DNA from: the human T2T-CHM13v2.0 reference genome, Homo sapiens
DNA length: 64,000 nucleotides
Assembly (NCBI RefSeq): GCF_009914755.1
Contig: NC_060925.1
Reading direction: 5' to 3' (one strand)
The notes beneath the pieces are model-generated. The model did not search any database and had not been told where the DNA came from. It saw only the letters and a program-made list of their open reading frames with translations. A program made the position numbers and the translations under genes. Below, in pieces: positions 13,381 through 29,040 of the stretch (within the stretch, counting starts at the first letter, position 1; each line of letters begins with the position of its first letter).

Positions 13381-15432
13381 TATGTATTGTTTTAAGGTGC
13401 AGAGTACAGAGATAACTTGTTAAATTATTCTATGACTGATAAATTATGGTCCATACTGCTTACTAGATGAATTGGAGCTCAATATTTAGTCAATTTACCT
13501 GAATTTGCCAATACTTTTTTTTAAAATCATAAATTTCTGTCCTTCATTCTGAGCCTGTACAAATAAGTAGATGGAAAAGTTCCTTTTGACCCTAGTATAA
13601 AAGCTGCTAACCAGGATCCAACAACATTCTTTACTTCATCTGTTTTTGCTGCTGAGTAAAATGAACACTGCTATACCAGAGCTAAAATAATAACTATTAG
13701 AAAATTTGGTGTTTTTGAATCATGGAGAACATCTGTCAAAATGAAAAGTTGAATGTAATAAGAAAAAACAGTAATTGTTGAAAGGTAGCTATAAGTTAAT
13801 GTCATACTTGATTTTTGATACTGTTTTATAAAAGCCTATATAAGTATTTTCTAGTGTTCTTCTTTATCAGTCTCCTTGAATGCCTTATTCAAATTACACA
13901 ATTGAAATAGACTTTGATTTCTCTGAGGACTAACAAATCTATCCCTCCAACTCAAGTCTTTCTCCTGAGTTCCAGTTGTGCATAGATGAAGGACATTTAG
14001 GCTTTTTTGGATGTTCTATAGCCACTTCAAAAGAATTATGTCACAAACTCACTTTACCTACCCGGCTACTTCCCCAAATCCCTCTCCTAAAGTAAGGACT
14101 ATATCTAGACAACGTTTTTCCTTGTAGTAACTTATGCACAGAACAGACTACAAGAAAAGAGAACAGAAGCTTGTGTGTTTTGAGAAATAAATTATATAAA
14201 TTTTCTGAAAAAGCTTGTGTTTTTTTAACCATTAATGTGGGTTCTCAAAAGTCCATCCTCAGGTAAGAGACTGAAAAACTGTGCAGCCCAGAAAGAGAAT
14301 AAACACTTCAAGATTCATTTCCTATGCAGACAAAAGGAAGTTCCCTTCAGAGGTCAGGTTTTAATAAGAAACAGAAAAAATGAGTTCCTGCCAGAGGTCA
14401 GGATCAGACACCACATAGTCTTTAAAATCATTGCCTGTGATGATTTCAGATCTGCTATGGATCAATGTCTGCCATATGATTCCTTTTTGTTATGTATGAA
14501 TATGTTTATGGAAATGTTTGTTTCAATATTTTATATTTTAGATTGGTTGTATAGGTAAGTGGGGATATTACTTATGTCTTACTTTGTAATTCACCACATT
14601 CCAGGAGCCATATCTGGACTGGAATGGCTATTTTTCAGTCACTGAGCTGCATGTAGTAACTGTCGGTGACTCTGGAATTGTCTCTTTTAGGTCAATAAAT
14701 GGTGATTGCAGCATCCTTGTTTAATTTTCAATTTTATATGGAAAGTTTTCAATAATTCATTAACTATGATTAATCTTATAGTTTTTTAATAAATAATCTC
14801 ATCGAAAGTTAAAAACTAAACTTCTATTTCCTGTTTGTTGAAATTTCTTAAAGAACAGAAGTTAAATTTTTTTGTTTATCTTGCATCTATTTCAATGATT
14901 GGATAATTTTCCCTACTTTATTCTGTTAAAGTGATTAAATGCCTTCATTGATACTTGGATACTAAAATAATCTTATAATTTTGGAATAGTTCCAACTTGG
15001 AATGGTATAGTGATTTTTATGTATTGCTAGATTTAATTTGCTGATTTTATGTTTAGGATTATTTTTTGTTTTTGAAGGAAACCAGCCTATTTCTTTCTTC
15101 TTATAATATGCCTGTCAATTTTTGTGCCAAGGTTATTCTTTTTTTATAAAATAAGTATCATAGTGCCCACTTTTTTTCTTCTCCCTGGGAGGATTTTTGT
15201 TGGATTGGTGTTTTATCTTATTTTGATGTTTGAACTTTCATTGTTTCTGTTAAAGCTGCCTGATTCTGGAATTTTCTTTGTGTTAAGGATTTTAATTAGA
15301 AATTTGCTTTTTGGTAAACATGGTCTTCATATTTTGTGTGCATATTAGTTATGGTAGACAAAGTTTTAAGAGTTTGTTCTACCCACATTTCAAATGTATT
15401 ATCATATTTTTTTCATAATGTATACTTCATTA

Positions 15433-15817
<385 letters not shown>

Positions 15818-16759
15818 TGATCTAGGTTTTTGGGAGCTGATCAATTCTTTCTTAGTTTTTACAAAGAACCAACTAGTTTGGCTTTAATTGCTCTCTCTGT
15901 AGTTGTTTGATTTTATTTTACTAATTTCTGTTTTTAGTTTTATTATGTCACATCTTCAACAAAGTTGGGCTTAATTTGTTATTACTTTATTTTAATAGAT
16001 GATTTTATCATCAATTTTTCAGCCTCCCTTTCTCCTATAGCCATTTAATGAAAAAAGAAATCGCCCCCAAATATTTTTACATATAGTTCACAGGATTTAT
16101 CATATATTAATTATATATTTCATTTTAAAATATGTTCAAAATTTTTGATTACTTCTAAGGCTTATAGGTTACTTAGATTTTTATTGTTATCTACACACAT
16201 AAAGATTGCTAAATTTGCTTTAAAAATTGATTTCTATCCATTTTGTTTTTATAGCATATAGTAATCCCTGCAATTTACTGTCCTTTTTTAAATGCTCTAA
16301 TTGCATTTGAAAAAACTAGATATTCTCCAGGTGTTGGGTGCAATGTTGTAAATATGTCCATCTAGTCAGGTAATCCTGTTATTCAAATCTTCTGTCATTG
16401 CTGATTTGTTTTTGTATGTTCTATCAGTTACTGTAAGGTAAATTAAAATATCCCACTGTGATAACTGACTTGTTCCCTCTTACATCATCTTTTGCTCTGA
16501 CATTTGTAGAACTGGTATATATGTGTGGCAGGTTCGTCTATTATAATACAATATTCATATTTTATTTCTACCAATGCTGTTTTCTTTAAATTGTTCTTCA
16601 TTTAGTAATAGCATAGCTACACCACCATTTCTTGGCTAATTTTTTCACATATTTCTGTTTTCATTCATAGAATTTCAACTTGACATTTGAAGGGTGTCAC
16701 TTCTTAGCTACAAGTTTCATTTTCTTATCCACTTAGCAGTAATATTAGTTGAAACATTA

Positions 16760-16889
16760 AGCCACTTTTTATTTAATATAATTATTTCTCAATTTGGATT
16801 TAAATCTACTATCTTACTATGCACCATTCAGCCACTTTTTACTTAATATAACTATTTCTCAATTTGGATTTAAATCTACTATCTCACTA
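16760..16889 (+). repeat. Local tandem duplication, ~60-bp unit, 70-bp period
   Basis: agccacttttta...tttctcaatttggatttaaatctactatct.acta at 16760 and 16830, 3 mismatches. Confidence 0.9.
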
Positions 16890-17839
16890 GTTGTTTTTAC
16901 TTTCTCAAACTATTTTATATACTTTTTTCTCTCTTTCACCCTCTTCCTTTGCATTTTGAAACAGTTGTTTATGGAATTATCCTGTTTCCAGTGAAGTAAA
17001 TATTCTTCAAATATTCTGTAGTTTTATTCTACAGAATACAACATGCAACCCTAATCTGTTAACATCTAAAACAAAGAAATATTTTTTGTTTTTCATATAA
17101 AGCAAGGGCACTAGAAAACTTGAAATTTCATTCACACTCTGCTGCCACATTATGAGTTATTGTTTTTATGTTGTTTAATTCTATTTATGTTGTATACCAC
17201 ATAAAACATTACTACTATAGTTGTGTTATATAGTCACTATTTACTTACGTTTACCAACATATTTTTCTTTTGATGTCCAGTCAGGTATTTTTCATTATGT
17301 ACTAGGTCATTTTTCACTGTGTACTAAGCACTGTGTGAAAAAATATATAGAAATAATTTTGGTTATCTCTAGCAAGTACTGAAGCCCACCTTTAATTAAT
17401 ATAAATTGAAGATCAAAATATATTGTCTTTTTGCCAAGGCTAGCTTTCTGCCACCAAAATGAATGAATTAAATAGTGCATAAATTCTCTAAGGATAAATA
17501 TAACATCACAACCTATGACAATAGAAGGACACTCAAGGAAATCCCAGATATTACATTTTTGGCATTATCAGGCACAAAGTTTAAAATATGAGTAATAATA
17601 TCAGGTAATAAATGGTAAAATGGAGATTTCTGCCAAAAACTAGAATTTAAAAAATAAACTGAAATTCCGTAATTAAAAAAAAATAATTTGAAACATGCAG
17701 TCAAAGGTAGGTTTAACAGCAAACTATGAAAAGGGACACATACTTAGTATGCTTCTTCATATCTTGCTGGCAATGCATATCATATTTTATGGTCTCTCAT
17801 TAACCAACTTATCTAATATTGAGATAATATAAAATAAAT

Positions 17840-19300
17840 TTTCCACATTCCAGTTGAGCCTCAAGAACGACAGAGCTCTACATTAGTTCCTGGCTGCAAT
17901 GAATGTTCTACCTTTGGGCTCTATAATTTCAGCATGCTGAATACTACTGTGAGTTTCTCTAGTAGACAGAAATACTGTATGGGCTTTTGGAAATTCCCAA
18001 TGAGAAAATAATAGTACAAACATGAAAAATCAAAGTTACAGCATCTGCTGTTCTCCATTTAAAAAGCAGATCCTGGTTTGTGATTGGTTTTGGTTGAAAC
18101 TTTATGCCTGTCACAATACTCTAGGTGATAAAGTAACCTGAATTGCCAGTTATGATCAGTCTGTTCTCCGATCTACAGTCAATTCAGGTAGAGAATTTTT
18201 TTAATATAGAAGTATTATATATGAACCTTCGCTCAATGATTTGGAACACCTGAAGAAACTGCACAGACAGGTGACTCACTCTCAAGAAAACCCCTTCCAT
18301 TGTTTTCCCATTTCTTTTTCAACTCACATCTCTGCCTTCATGTAGCATTCCCAATGATCAGTTCATGGAAGGAGAAATAGTTCAGTTTACTTAATGGATG
18401 GATCTAGACAGAGTGTTTGTTACCTTGGCCCAGAAAACATAATGAAGATAAATTATATTTTCAGATTGGAACTTTGGGTGATATATCTGATTGTTCATTT
18501 GTTGGAGAAAGACAGATGTCTGTAGTAAGAATCTACATTGATTCTTGTGAAGTTTTCTCATGTGTTGTCCAGCTGGTCAGAACTTGGATAAAATAAAATC
18601 AGAAAATTAGTTACGCTGTCTACAAGGGAGAGTTATGTAGATGGACTCCTCTGAATGTTCTCAGAGTGAAATATATTATTGTACTGTATAAAAACTACCA
18701 GAAGATTTGTATTGCAAAGCAAGCTATCAAAAATTTGAGAGACAGGGCGTGGTGTCTGACCCCCGTAATCCCAGCACTTTGGGAGGCCGAGGTGTGGGGA
18801 TTGCTTAAACCTGGCAAAAACCCCCGTACCGGCTAAAAAAAAAAAAATTAGCCAAGCGTGGTGATATGTGCCTGTTGTCACAGCTACTCAGAAGCCTGAG
18901 GTGGAAATATAGCTTGATCAAGCCTGAGAGGTCCAGACTGCAGTGAGCCATAATTGCGTGGCCACTGCACTTCAGCCTGGGCGACAGCCTGTCTGAAAAT
19001 TAATAATTGTAAAAATCAAAAAATATATATATTAGTTGGGAATGCAATCTGTAGCTGCACTACACTCTTTCTCCACAGTTTCCCAGTGCTTAACAGTGTT
19101 GTTCACAAAATACTAATGATCACAAGCATAAAAGGTATCTATTTAATCATTAGTATGGTTTTTTCCTCTGCACAGCTGTTATAGCATCTAGCACTGCTGA
19201 AGACTCAATCTTCACACAACTGACTCTAATGCTGAATTCCTGATTATGACACCACTGCCTGGGGAAAGTGTCTCACCACAACAAAGTAGGGGAAAGGATG
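17840..19300 (+). mobile_element. Decayed ERV-L internal pol remnant (RNase H and integrase N-terminus)
   Basis: Hand translation: ELWVIYLIVHLLEKDR and VRIYIDSCEV (~18470-18555) resemble ERVL ELRAVHLVVHF...VRIYTDSWAV; integrase Zn-finger-like text at ~19080-19265. Confidence 0.7.
18740..19000 (+). mobile_element. AluJ with internal deletions
   Basis: gtaatcccagcactttgggaggccgagg...gactgcagtgagccat...cagcctgggcgacag. Confidence 0.88.
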
Positions 19301-19894
19301 GAGATTAGGAGATTTACCAACACCTCTTTTCTCATTTGCTCAACATTCCTGGTCAATGCAAAACTTCAGCAACCCAATGCATAATCGACCATCATACTTG
19401 TATTAATTTCCTACACGAATGTGTATTTGGGTCACTCATCATGTTTGGAGTTAGGTTCAGCTGAATGCCTGGCAGAGGATAGGGAATCTTGTAAAACTAT
19501 CAAGCAATGATTACCTGCTTAGGCTATAGAAACTGCTATGGACACAGGAACAATGATAGTTCTGTTACTTGTTTTGTCCCCTGCCCCTAATACTTTTTCT
19601 CTAGTGAAAAATCAGTTGTGATGGCTAACATTTCAAGTTCACATGAAGAATGATGACACATTGACAACATCTTATGATAGCAGAAGAGCTTTTGGGACAT
19701 GTGGTTCCTCGTTTGGACAAATTATCTTTAGTTAGATAATAGATGAGACCAGTGCTGTGGACCAAAAGGAACAGAACATGTGGGAAATCTTTACTCTTTT
19801 TTCTCCATATCCACACTCCACCCTTTACCATTCCTCTACTTATTATGGTTGATGAATATGGCTCCTTGCGATTCTGCTGCTTCTGTTTTCTTGT

Positions 19895-20200
19895 GGGGGG
19901 GGAGGGGGGAGATGGGGGATGGGGGTGGGGGATGGGGGATGGGGAAGAGGGGGATGGGGGAGGTGGGGTATGGGGAAGGAGGGGGATGGGGAAGGGGGGA
20001 TGGGGAGGGGGTGGGGAGGCAGGGGGTGGGGGGATGGGGGTGGGGGGATGAGACGGGGAGGCAGGCGGGATGGGGGATGGAGGTGGGGGGATAGGGGGAC
20101 AGGGAGATGGGGTATGGGGGACAGCGTGGGGGTATGGGGAAGAGGGGGGGTGGGGGGGAATGGGGGGAGGAGGGGAGGGGGGTGTGTGTGCAGGGGGAGG
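19895..20200 (+). repeat. G-rich low-complexity tract (GGGGAT/GGGGGA-like), G-quadruplex-prone
   Basis: Dozens of G4-G8 runs with 1-6-nt spacers over ~300 bp. Confidence 0.95.
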
Positions 20201-20529
20201 TCTGCAGTCTGGAATCTGGGTAGGAAATTGAATAAAGGGAGTAAAATGTGGCCAATGGCTTTTCCCTGACTCCTTCTCAGCAGGGGCACCTTAGGCTTGC
20301 TGGATTCCTCTACTAAAGAAAAGAGATTCATGTTAAACATTGTCTCCATCTACTACTCTACTTCTCCTTGGCCTTCAGAACTGGTGTGCTAATAATCCCA
20401 GGGCTAGTAGCCCTGGGGGATTATATTACCTCCTAAGATTTTCCTTTTGTAAATCATTATGTCCGTTCCATAAAAATTTCCCAATATGGGCAGTCCATGT
20501 AGTAGAAAGATCTGTTCTTTTTTTATTAA

Positions 20530-21466
<937 letters not shown>

Positions 21467-21624
21467 TAAGACTTATATTCATCTGCATGTACAATGCCAT
21501 GTCTGTCTAGTCTACTTTCCTGCCACCTCAGTGAAAGGAGCAAAATTTCATGGAAGCTTGCCTAATGTCTTAAGACTTAGGCTAAAATGCGTGTATCACT
21601 TCCACTCACATTATTTTAATAAAA

Positions 21625-22946
<1,322 letters not shown>

Positions 22947-23859
22947 AAAGGAGAACATAGTCATATTATTAAAAATTGCAATGAACCCTAGGAAGATAGA
23001 GTATTTGGACATGCTTGTGCTCCAGAAAAAAACAGTACATGAGATTTTAGTTAAGAAATAGTGGTTACTTCTTGAGCAGGTCATAAAATGAGTTTGGTAA
23101 ATTCATTCTAGAAAGCTACAAGTTATGAATCTCTGTAAGAGTCCTTTTTACTTTTTCCTGAAAATTTAGAATATTAAAATTTAATATGTGGAAAGATTTG
23201 GTAACAAGCAGTTTTTAGAATGTTTATCACAGTACTGTCAAACTAATGTATCCTACTTCCTCTTCCATGAAATGTGGAAAGGAAACAGCCTGTTGCAAAC
23301 CGCAGGCAAGTGGTGTGCGTGGGGCATAACTGGATTTCCATACTTTTTATGCCATTAGCATAGTCTTGTGTATAGGATGTAAAACGAAGAATCTCAGTAG
23401 CTGCAACTTTCCACCTAAGTACTAAACACTGTTTCCTAATCCACATTCACATACTCCATTTAGGCAAGTACAAAAGTCATCCTAAATCAAGTGCCATGTT
23501 TTCCTTCTTTTATATATGTTTTCTTAAAAAAAGAGTTTTCACATACACAAAAACATCCAAAAAATTCACTGGGTATTCACTATCAGGGTACTATTTTCTT
23601 GCTATGTCAGTTTTTAAACAGTCAGTCTCAACTGAAAAAAAAGTGAAATGTAAAAAACCAAAAAAACTAAAGAAATGGGTGTTTCATATAAGTATTCACA
23701 TATACACATGTGTATTAGGTACAAACATTTCATATATTTTAAAATAATGCAGAAGTTTTATCTTTATATTATAGTATGATTTAAATTATTATTTTAGTCT
23801 GATATTATGATAGATTCCAATTCCCATAGCTTTGACATTTGTGCTCTTTGCAAACCTTT

Positions 23860-24480
23860 GCTCAATGTTTTTATTAACTCAATTTAATGGAGCCTTTTTT
23901 ATGGTGACCTTAAGAATTTAATAACTCTTCAATGCAAGGACAATACCACCTGCAGGCTCCACTGGGATTAAACTGTGACCGTTCCATATGTCTGATGGAA
24001 CACATTAAAGGAAAGAAGGGGCAGAGGGAGAAGCAGCTACACAAATCTGTCACTTCCCTCTAAGCAGCAAGTACTGCTACTGTTTAGGACGGTCAATCAC
24101 AGGCACGTGTAGAAAATGTCTGTGATTGCTAAGGTAATTGGCAGCTCACTTGCAGCTCCTTAATAATATTAATCTGACTTTGATCGTGTCAGATATCCTA
24201 GCCATCTTCAATTCCAAAGTGCATCTGCTCCTGACAGACATTCTGCATATGTTACAGATACGATCAATATGTTATTAGTCAACATCCTGACGCTAGCCCA
24301 TGAATTAATCCCTTTCTGTCAACCTAGCAGTTTCTAGTCTTTTGTAACCTCATTCCCTCAGTATGGATGGGACCTGGCTTAATCCAATTAAGATAAAATT
24401 AACTTTTTTTTCCCCGTGGTACTCTCCATCTATGTTAATTCAAATCTCTGAGGACAGCTGCTCCAAGAAAATAATTTTAT
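23860..24480. promoter_or_regulatory. Candidate enhancer / conserved non-coding element
   Basis: No repeat similarity recognised; clustered GGGATTA, CATATG x2, CACGTG, CTTTGAT, TGACAG, TAATCCAATTA motifs. Inference only. Confidence 0.35.
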
Positions 24481-25829
24481 GCTTGACCTTTTATGTGCAA
24501 GATTAAAGTGGTATAGATATATGCTTGGGAAGTCAGTGAACTGTCTCTCTATTTTCACCATCCTTTAACTTTCTAGTAGTGCTGGAAAAAGTTCAACTGA
24601 ACACAGATGATTGCTAAATGGCAGTGATATATTTATCTGGGTTGCAAAAAAAAAAAAAAACTCAGTTTAGCTTTGTGTTTAGTAAATATGGTACCTTTGT
24701 CTTGTTGAAAGGTAAATTAATAATATGTGGTGACAGTACTATGACACTATTTAGATTTGACAAGCAAAGAATGCTTTAACAGTCTATAATATGCAAAGAG
24801 AATCACTGATACTCCTGGTACTTATGTGATACAATGACATTACCTGCTATGAAAAAACACTGATTGGAAAGATTATTTCTCTTTGAGTCAAGGCATTAAA
24901 AGTAGGGTTTCTCTGTTATTTGACCGAGACAAAGATTATATTAGGATAATATACAAGCTTCATTCCTGAGAACCTAGCATGCACGGCTTTGAGGTTCAGT
25001 GGCTATCAGGTTTTTAAGATTGTAGATCAAGTAATCTCCAGGCCAACATTTGAAAAGAGTTTGCCTCCTAGGCAAAATTGTTTTCATTTTCTATCCCTTC
25101 CTCCCTCTTCTAACCCGCCCCACCTCCTACTACTTAACTGCCTTTGGTCTCTAACTTCCTTTAAGACATTTAGAAAAATCATGCTTTTCTTCTCTAAATC
25201 AAACCCATTCTGTGGAGAAGATAAATGACAAGTCATTTCCACATCGGCGTGAATTAAAAAAATATATATTGTCTCCTCGCGGCGTTATGAGAATAAAAGT
25301 CTTTGACCCTACAACAGAAGTGAAATATTGGTAAGAAAGCCATGGAAATATTTTTACTTGAGCAGACTCCCCTATACCTGCTTTTTAATTTTTTTTTTCA
25401 ATTGATTGTTAGGAACAAAAATAAGAAGCAAAGGTTCTAAGAATAGGAAGCAGGAAAAAGGATCAGCTAAGACTAACAAAATACATTATTTTAAATTTGT
25501 TAGCTACACAACCTCAACATGTGTATAACCTATATGTTTATTAGGAAATGTTTTGTTAAGAGAGCTAACATTAAATACGCACCATCTAGACTTCGGTAAT
25601 AGAACAATGATGTATCTGTGAAATTCTCTGAACTCCTTCTAGTTGCAAATTTCCCCAACTTAGATATACTGTGTATTTCAATATATCACATGTTTTAGTT
25701 GTCTTAGCTTTTTAACTAAATTTGATAGATCTGATAAATTAATATTTTGATTGACCAATACAGTTATTGATATCTTTACTAACTTATATTTTGCATTTCA
25801 ACAATTCCGTTCGGATCTTTTTTCTGGGG

Positions 25830-26560
25830 GGTGGTAGAGGCACTAAAATTCATTCTTTACAAGCTTTTGTATCTAGTGGTAGCAATCTTTTTTCAATTTT
25901 TGCTTATCTGAACTGTTAAAAATTTAACCTCATTTCTGAAAGACAGTTTTGCTGGCATACAAGTCTATATCAGAGTCATTTTGTCACAGCCTATCAAATA
26001 TATTTTTATGATTTTATTTTGGCCTCCATTATCACACTAAAAAGTTAGGCTATCAGTGTCCTTTCTTCCCTTCTTAGATAATCAACGTTTTGTCTTTTTA
26101 GAAAATATCTTGTTGGCCACCTACATTTCCATAATATACATTTGCTTTTATTTAATCTGTTTGGAATTCATTAGGATGTCCAAATATGAGAAAATTCCTC
26201 ATCTATCCTGGAATATTATTTTTCCCTTGAAATCTTCTCCCCCATATGAAGGTGTATTTTCACTCTCCCAATTCCCTTGATTATTTTTTTCTATCTCCTT
26301 TTTTTAGACACTTTTATATTTTTTAATCCATAATATGGTGTGCCATTTTATTTTTCATTGTTTTATTTTTAAAATAGTAGCTATGTTTTGTTTCTTTAAA
26401 CAAAATTTGACAGACATATTTACTTTGCATCTGTGTCTGACATATTTTATGTTTGCTGCTGCTTTTCTGCTGGCCAAACGTTTGTTGTTCTTTGTATCTT
26501 TATGTGCTTTGTGATTTTAGAGCTCATGAACTGTAGAATTTATATTTTGATTGTTGTATT
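25830..26560 (-). mobile_element. Ancient L1M fragment
   Basis: cctcatttctgaaagacagttttgctggcataca...ttggcctccatt resembles antisense L1M ORF1/ORF2 junction. Confidence 0.55.
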
Positions 26561-26904
26561 CAATAATGATTCTTGTATTTAATCTAATTCATTTCACCTA
26601 ATTTAGACCATGAATTCACATGAGAGTCCTGAAATTAGGAGTCCTCAACAAAGACCTTTCCTTTTCGGTCAAACACCCAGGTTGAGATAAAAACTTTTTT
26701 CTTTTTGGCTGTGTTTTTTTTTTTTTTTTTTGTATGTCAAGTTCTATTTCATCTTTACAATGGGAATATAGCATTTGGAATTTCATGTAAAAACACATTT
26801 TTTTTTCCCATTAGATTCCTTGCCAACTTTGTGGAGCCCAAGACTTTACTACCTTCCACCTCTTCAATTCCATAGGTCCCTCAAAAAGTTGTGATTTGTG
26901 TAAG

Positions 26905-27445
26905 TGTAGGATTAATCTCAGCTAATATATTGCAACCCTGTGCTTACATCCAGATTGCCTGGAGCTTTCTGGGAAACTTAGCCAAGCCTGAATACATTGT
27001 ACTAACTAATGATTAGTGTAGTCCTGTGCTAGGATGTGAGACAGACTGGGAGGCAACTTGACATCAGTTTATCAGCATTGTTTATAAAATATGAACAGGC
27101 TGATAGTTTGCACTGGATTGCTGTTTTGTTCTCTTGGCGTCTGCTATTGAGCACATTAATGCACACTGGTTGGGGTTTTCCTCTGATGAGACACAGTTTC
27201 CCCTGAGACTTAGGTTCCTCCCACTTTGTGGTGATTAATGATCTGAAGACCAAGTGTGTTTGAGTTGTGCAACTAAGGACAGTCCCTAGGAGCTGTGTCT
27301 ATAAGTCTTGGACCTCTGTGATGTTTGCCTTTGACTTTTCTTCTCTGCTGAACCATATATTTTACCTTTATTAAAGCCTTATGTGTGTATACCCTATGGA
27401 GTATCGCAAGCCCTTTCAATTATGTGACCCTAAGTAATTGCTGCA
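26905..27445 (+). mobile_element. Old ERV(L) solo LTR, family unassigned
   Basis: TG...CA bounded ~540 bp with attaaa signal followed by gtgtataccctatggagt...gccctttc, typical LTR U5 text. Confidence 0.5.
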
Positions 27446-28968
27446 CAAGCATTTGGCAGAAAACCTCAGGGCAAAAGCCAACTTCAAAACATACTTGCCT
27501 CCCGTTCACCTTCCAAGTTTCCTACTTTCTTTGTTTTTAACCATTTAGAATTTCTTATTTCCTTGCCATATCGGCTTTTCTTCTAAAAAACTTTAAAAAT
27601 ATTTTATTGAGCAGTTCTAGATGCTTTCAGTGGGTAGGTCATTTATGAGGTGTAATATGTCACACTGTCTGGGATGAAAGTCAATGAACAGTAATGTAGA
27701 GAGACAAGGAAACTAACTGACACCGCTTGTTTATCTTATCAGAGTATTAGGACTATTTTTACCAAAAGAAATTGACAAATGCTGCTCTTCTTGCATAACA
27801 CCACTACCATCACTACCACACACACATATACATAACACACACCCCTACTTTGCACTATTGTGTATATGATTTATGTATAGAATAAATAAATAATTCTTAA
27901 ATGTTGAGGACATTCAGGATTCACTAACTTTCCAAATACTATTCTTCTCTTTGTTGCTGTTGCCACATAGTTTATCATTTCAATATGTTTTACTTTGGCC
28001 TTAGATTCTGTAGCATACAAAATGGCAAATAGTCATAAAAGAGATTAAGCCTTATCCATAATTTTCATCCTAAAGTAAATGAATAAATGCCACTTTTTTT
28101 TTTTAACAAATAACAGGTTATAATAGGAAAGAAAAAATGACGAGTGCATTGATAAGCTGGAAGAAGTCTTATGGGAAAAGAGGGCCATGCCAATTCAGAT
28201 AGGAGTGAAATAAGAATCCAGGGTACCACAGACAAAATAGGTCACATGTGTTAGTTCTGGCTCAATATGCCCTGATAACCTGTGAAAACAAGTCTCATAG
28301 TTCCATCTGACATGTTTCATTGGCCAGACTGTGTCTATTTGGCAAAGATGAAGCATTAGGTATCTCGTTGCCTATGTACATCCTACCTGCTTGGCTTCTT
28401 TTTAATTGGAACCTGCCCCTTGTTCAAGTGGTAGGTGGCAGAGCCTCAGTGTATGCTCTGCAGCTGAGCAGCTCTGATGAGCCAGCCTCCTTCAAAGACT
28501 CTGAGCTTCATTTCTGAGCTTAGGAGATTTTAGTTGGTTTCATTTGTGGAAAACCTATAAGTAAACTTTTCACCTGAAAAAAGATGAAAGACAATTTCAC
28601 ATAGAGAAATCATCCAGGGACTCAAACAAGGAGACAGCTGGAGAGAGACTATTTAAAAATTTGTTCTGTTAGCTCTGATAACTTAAAGCAAGGGTAAAAA
28701 CTTCTGTGCAGAGCTCAGAGAAGGTGAAAGAAATCACACAGTCTGGCAACTTCTTTTCTTTGGTCTTGCTCCCTTCTAGTTAGATAAAGCGCCCATTTTC
28801 TTTCTTAAGAAACATATTGCTATGAACTAAAAGAATAATAATAATCTTTCAAGAACAGAATTAAAACCGAAAACGTTCTGGTAATAAAGAGATACGTGAG
28901 AACCAAATTCATTCAGGGACCGAGTTATTCTTCGGAAAGTGGTTTATATGGTGGGAATCACATTCCCT

Positions 28969-29040
28969 CCCAAGAGGCGGAGGTTGCCAAGATCACGCCA
29001 CTGAGCTCCAGCCAGAGCGAGACCCACAAAACAAAAAAGA
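28969..29040 (+). mobile_element. Short Alu right-arm 3' fragment
   Basis: gaggcggaggttgc-caagatcacgccactg..ctccagcc-agagcgagac plus A-rich tail. Confidence 0.8.

Larger units (their letters stand above)
11525..13445 (+). mobile_element. MLT1F/G-like LTR split by THE1D and Tigger insertions
   Basis: Pieces at 11525-11815, 12194-12330 and 13381-13445 follow MLT1 order (agaatattgtggaagtgatggtgtg; gtgagacaaata | tgtattgttttaag). Confidence 0.65.

Noticed and set aside
16760-16889. Repeat-spacer-repeat patterns (also 31344-31435, 31643-31816) as CRISPR-like arrays
   Set aside because: Only 2-3 degenerate copies, eukaryotic context, no cas genes.
19743-20349. Five overlapping Gly-rich/Pro-rich ORFs of 102-168 aa
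   Set aside because: By-product of the stop-poor G tract; open in many frames on both strands.
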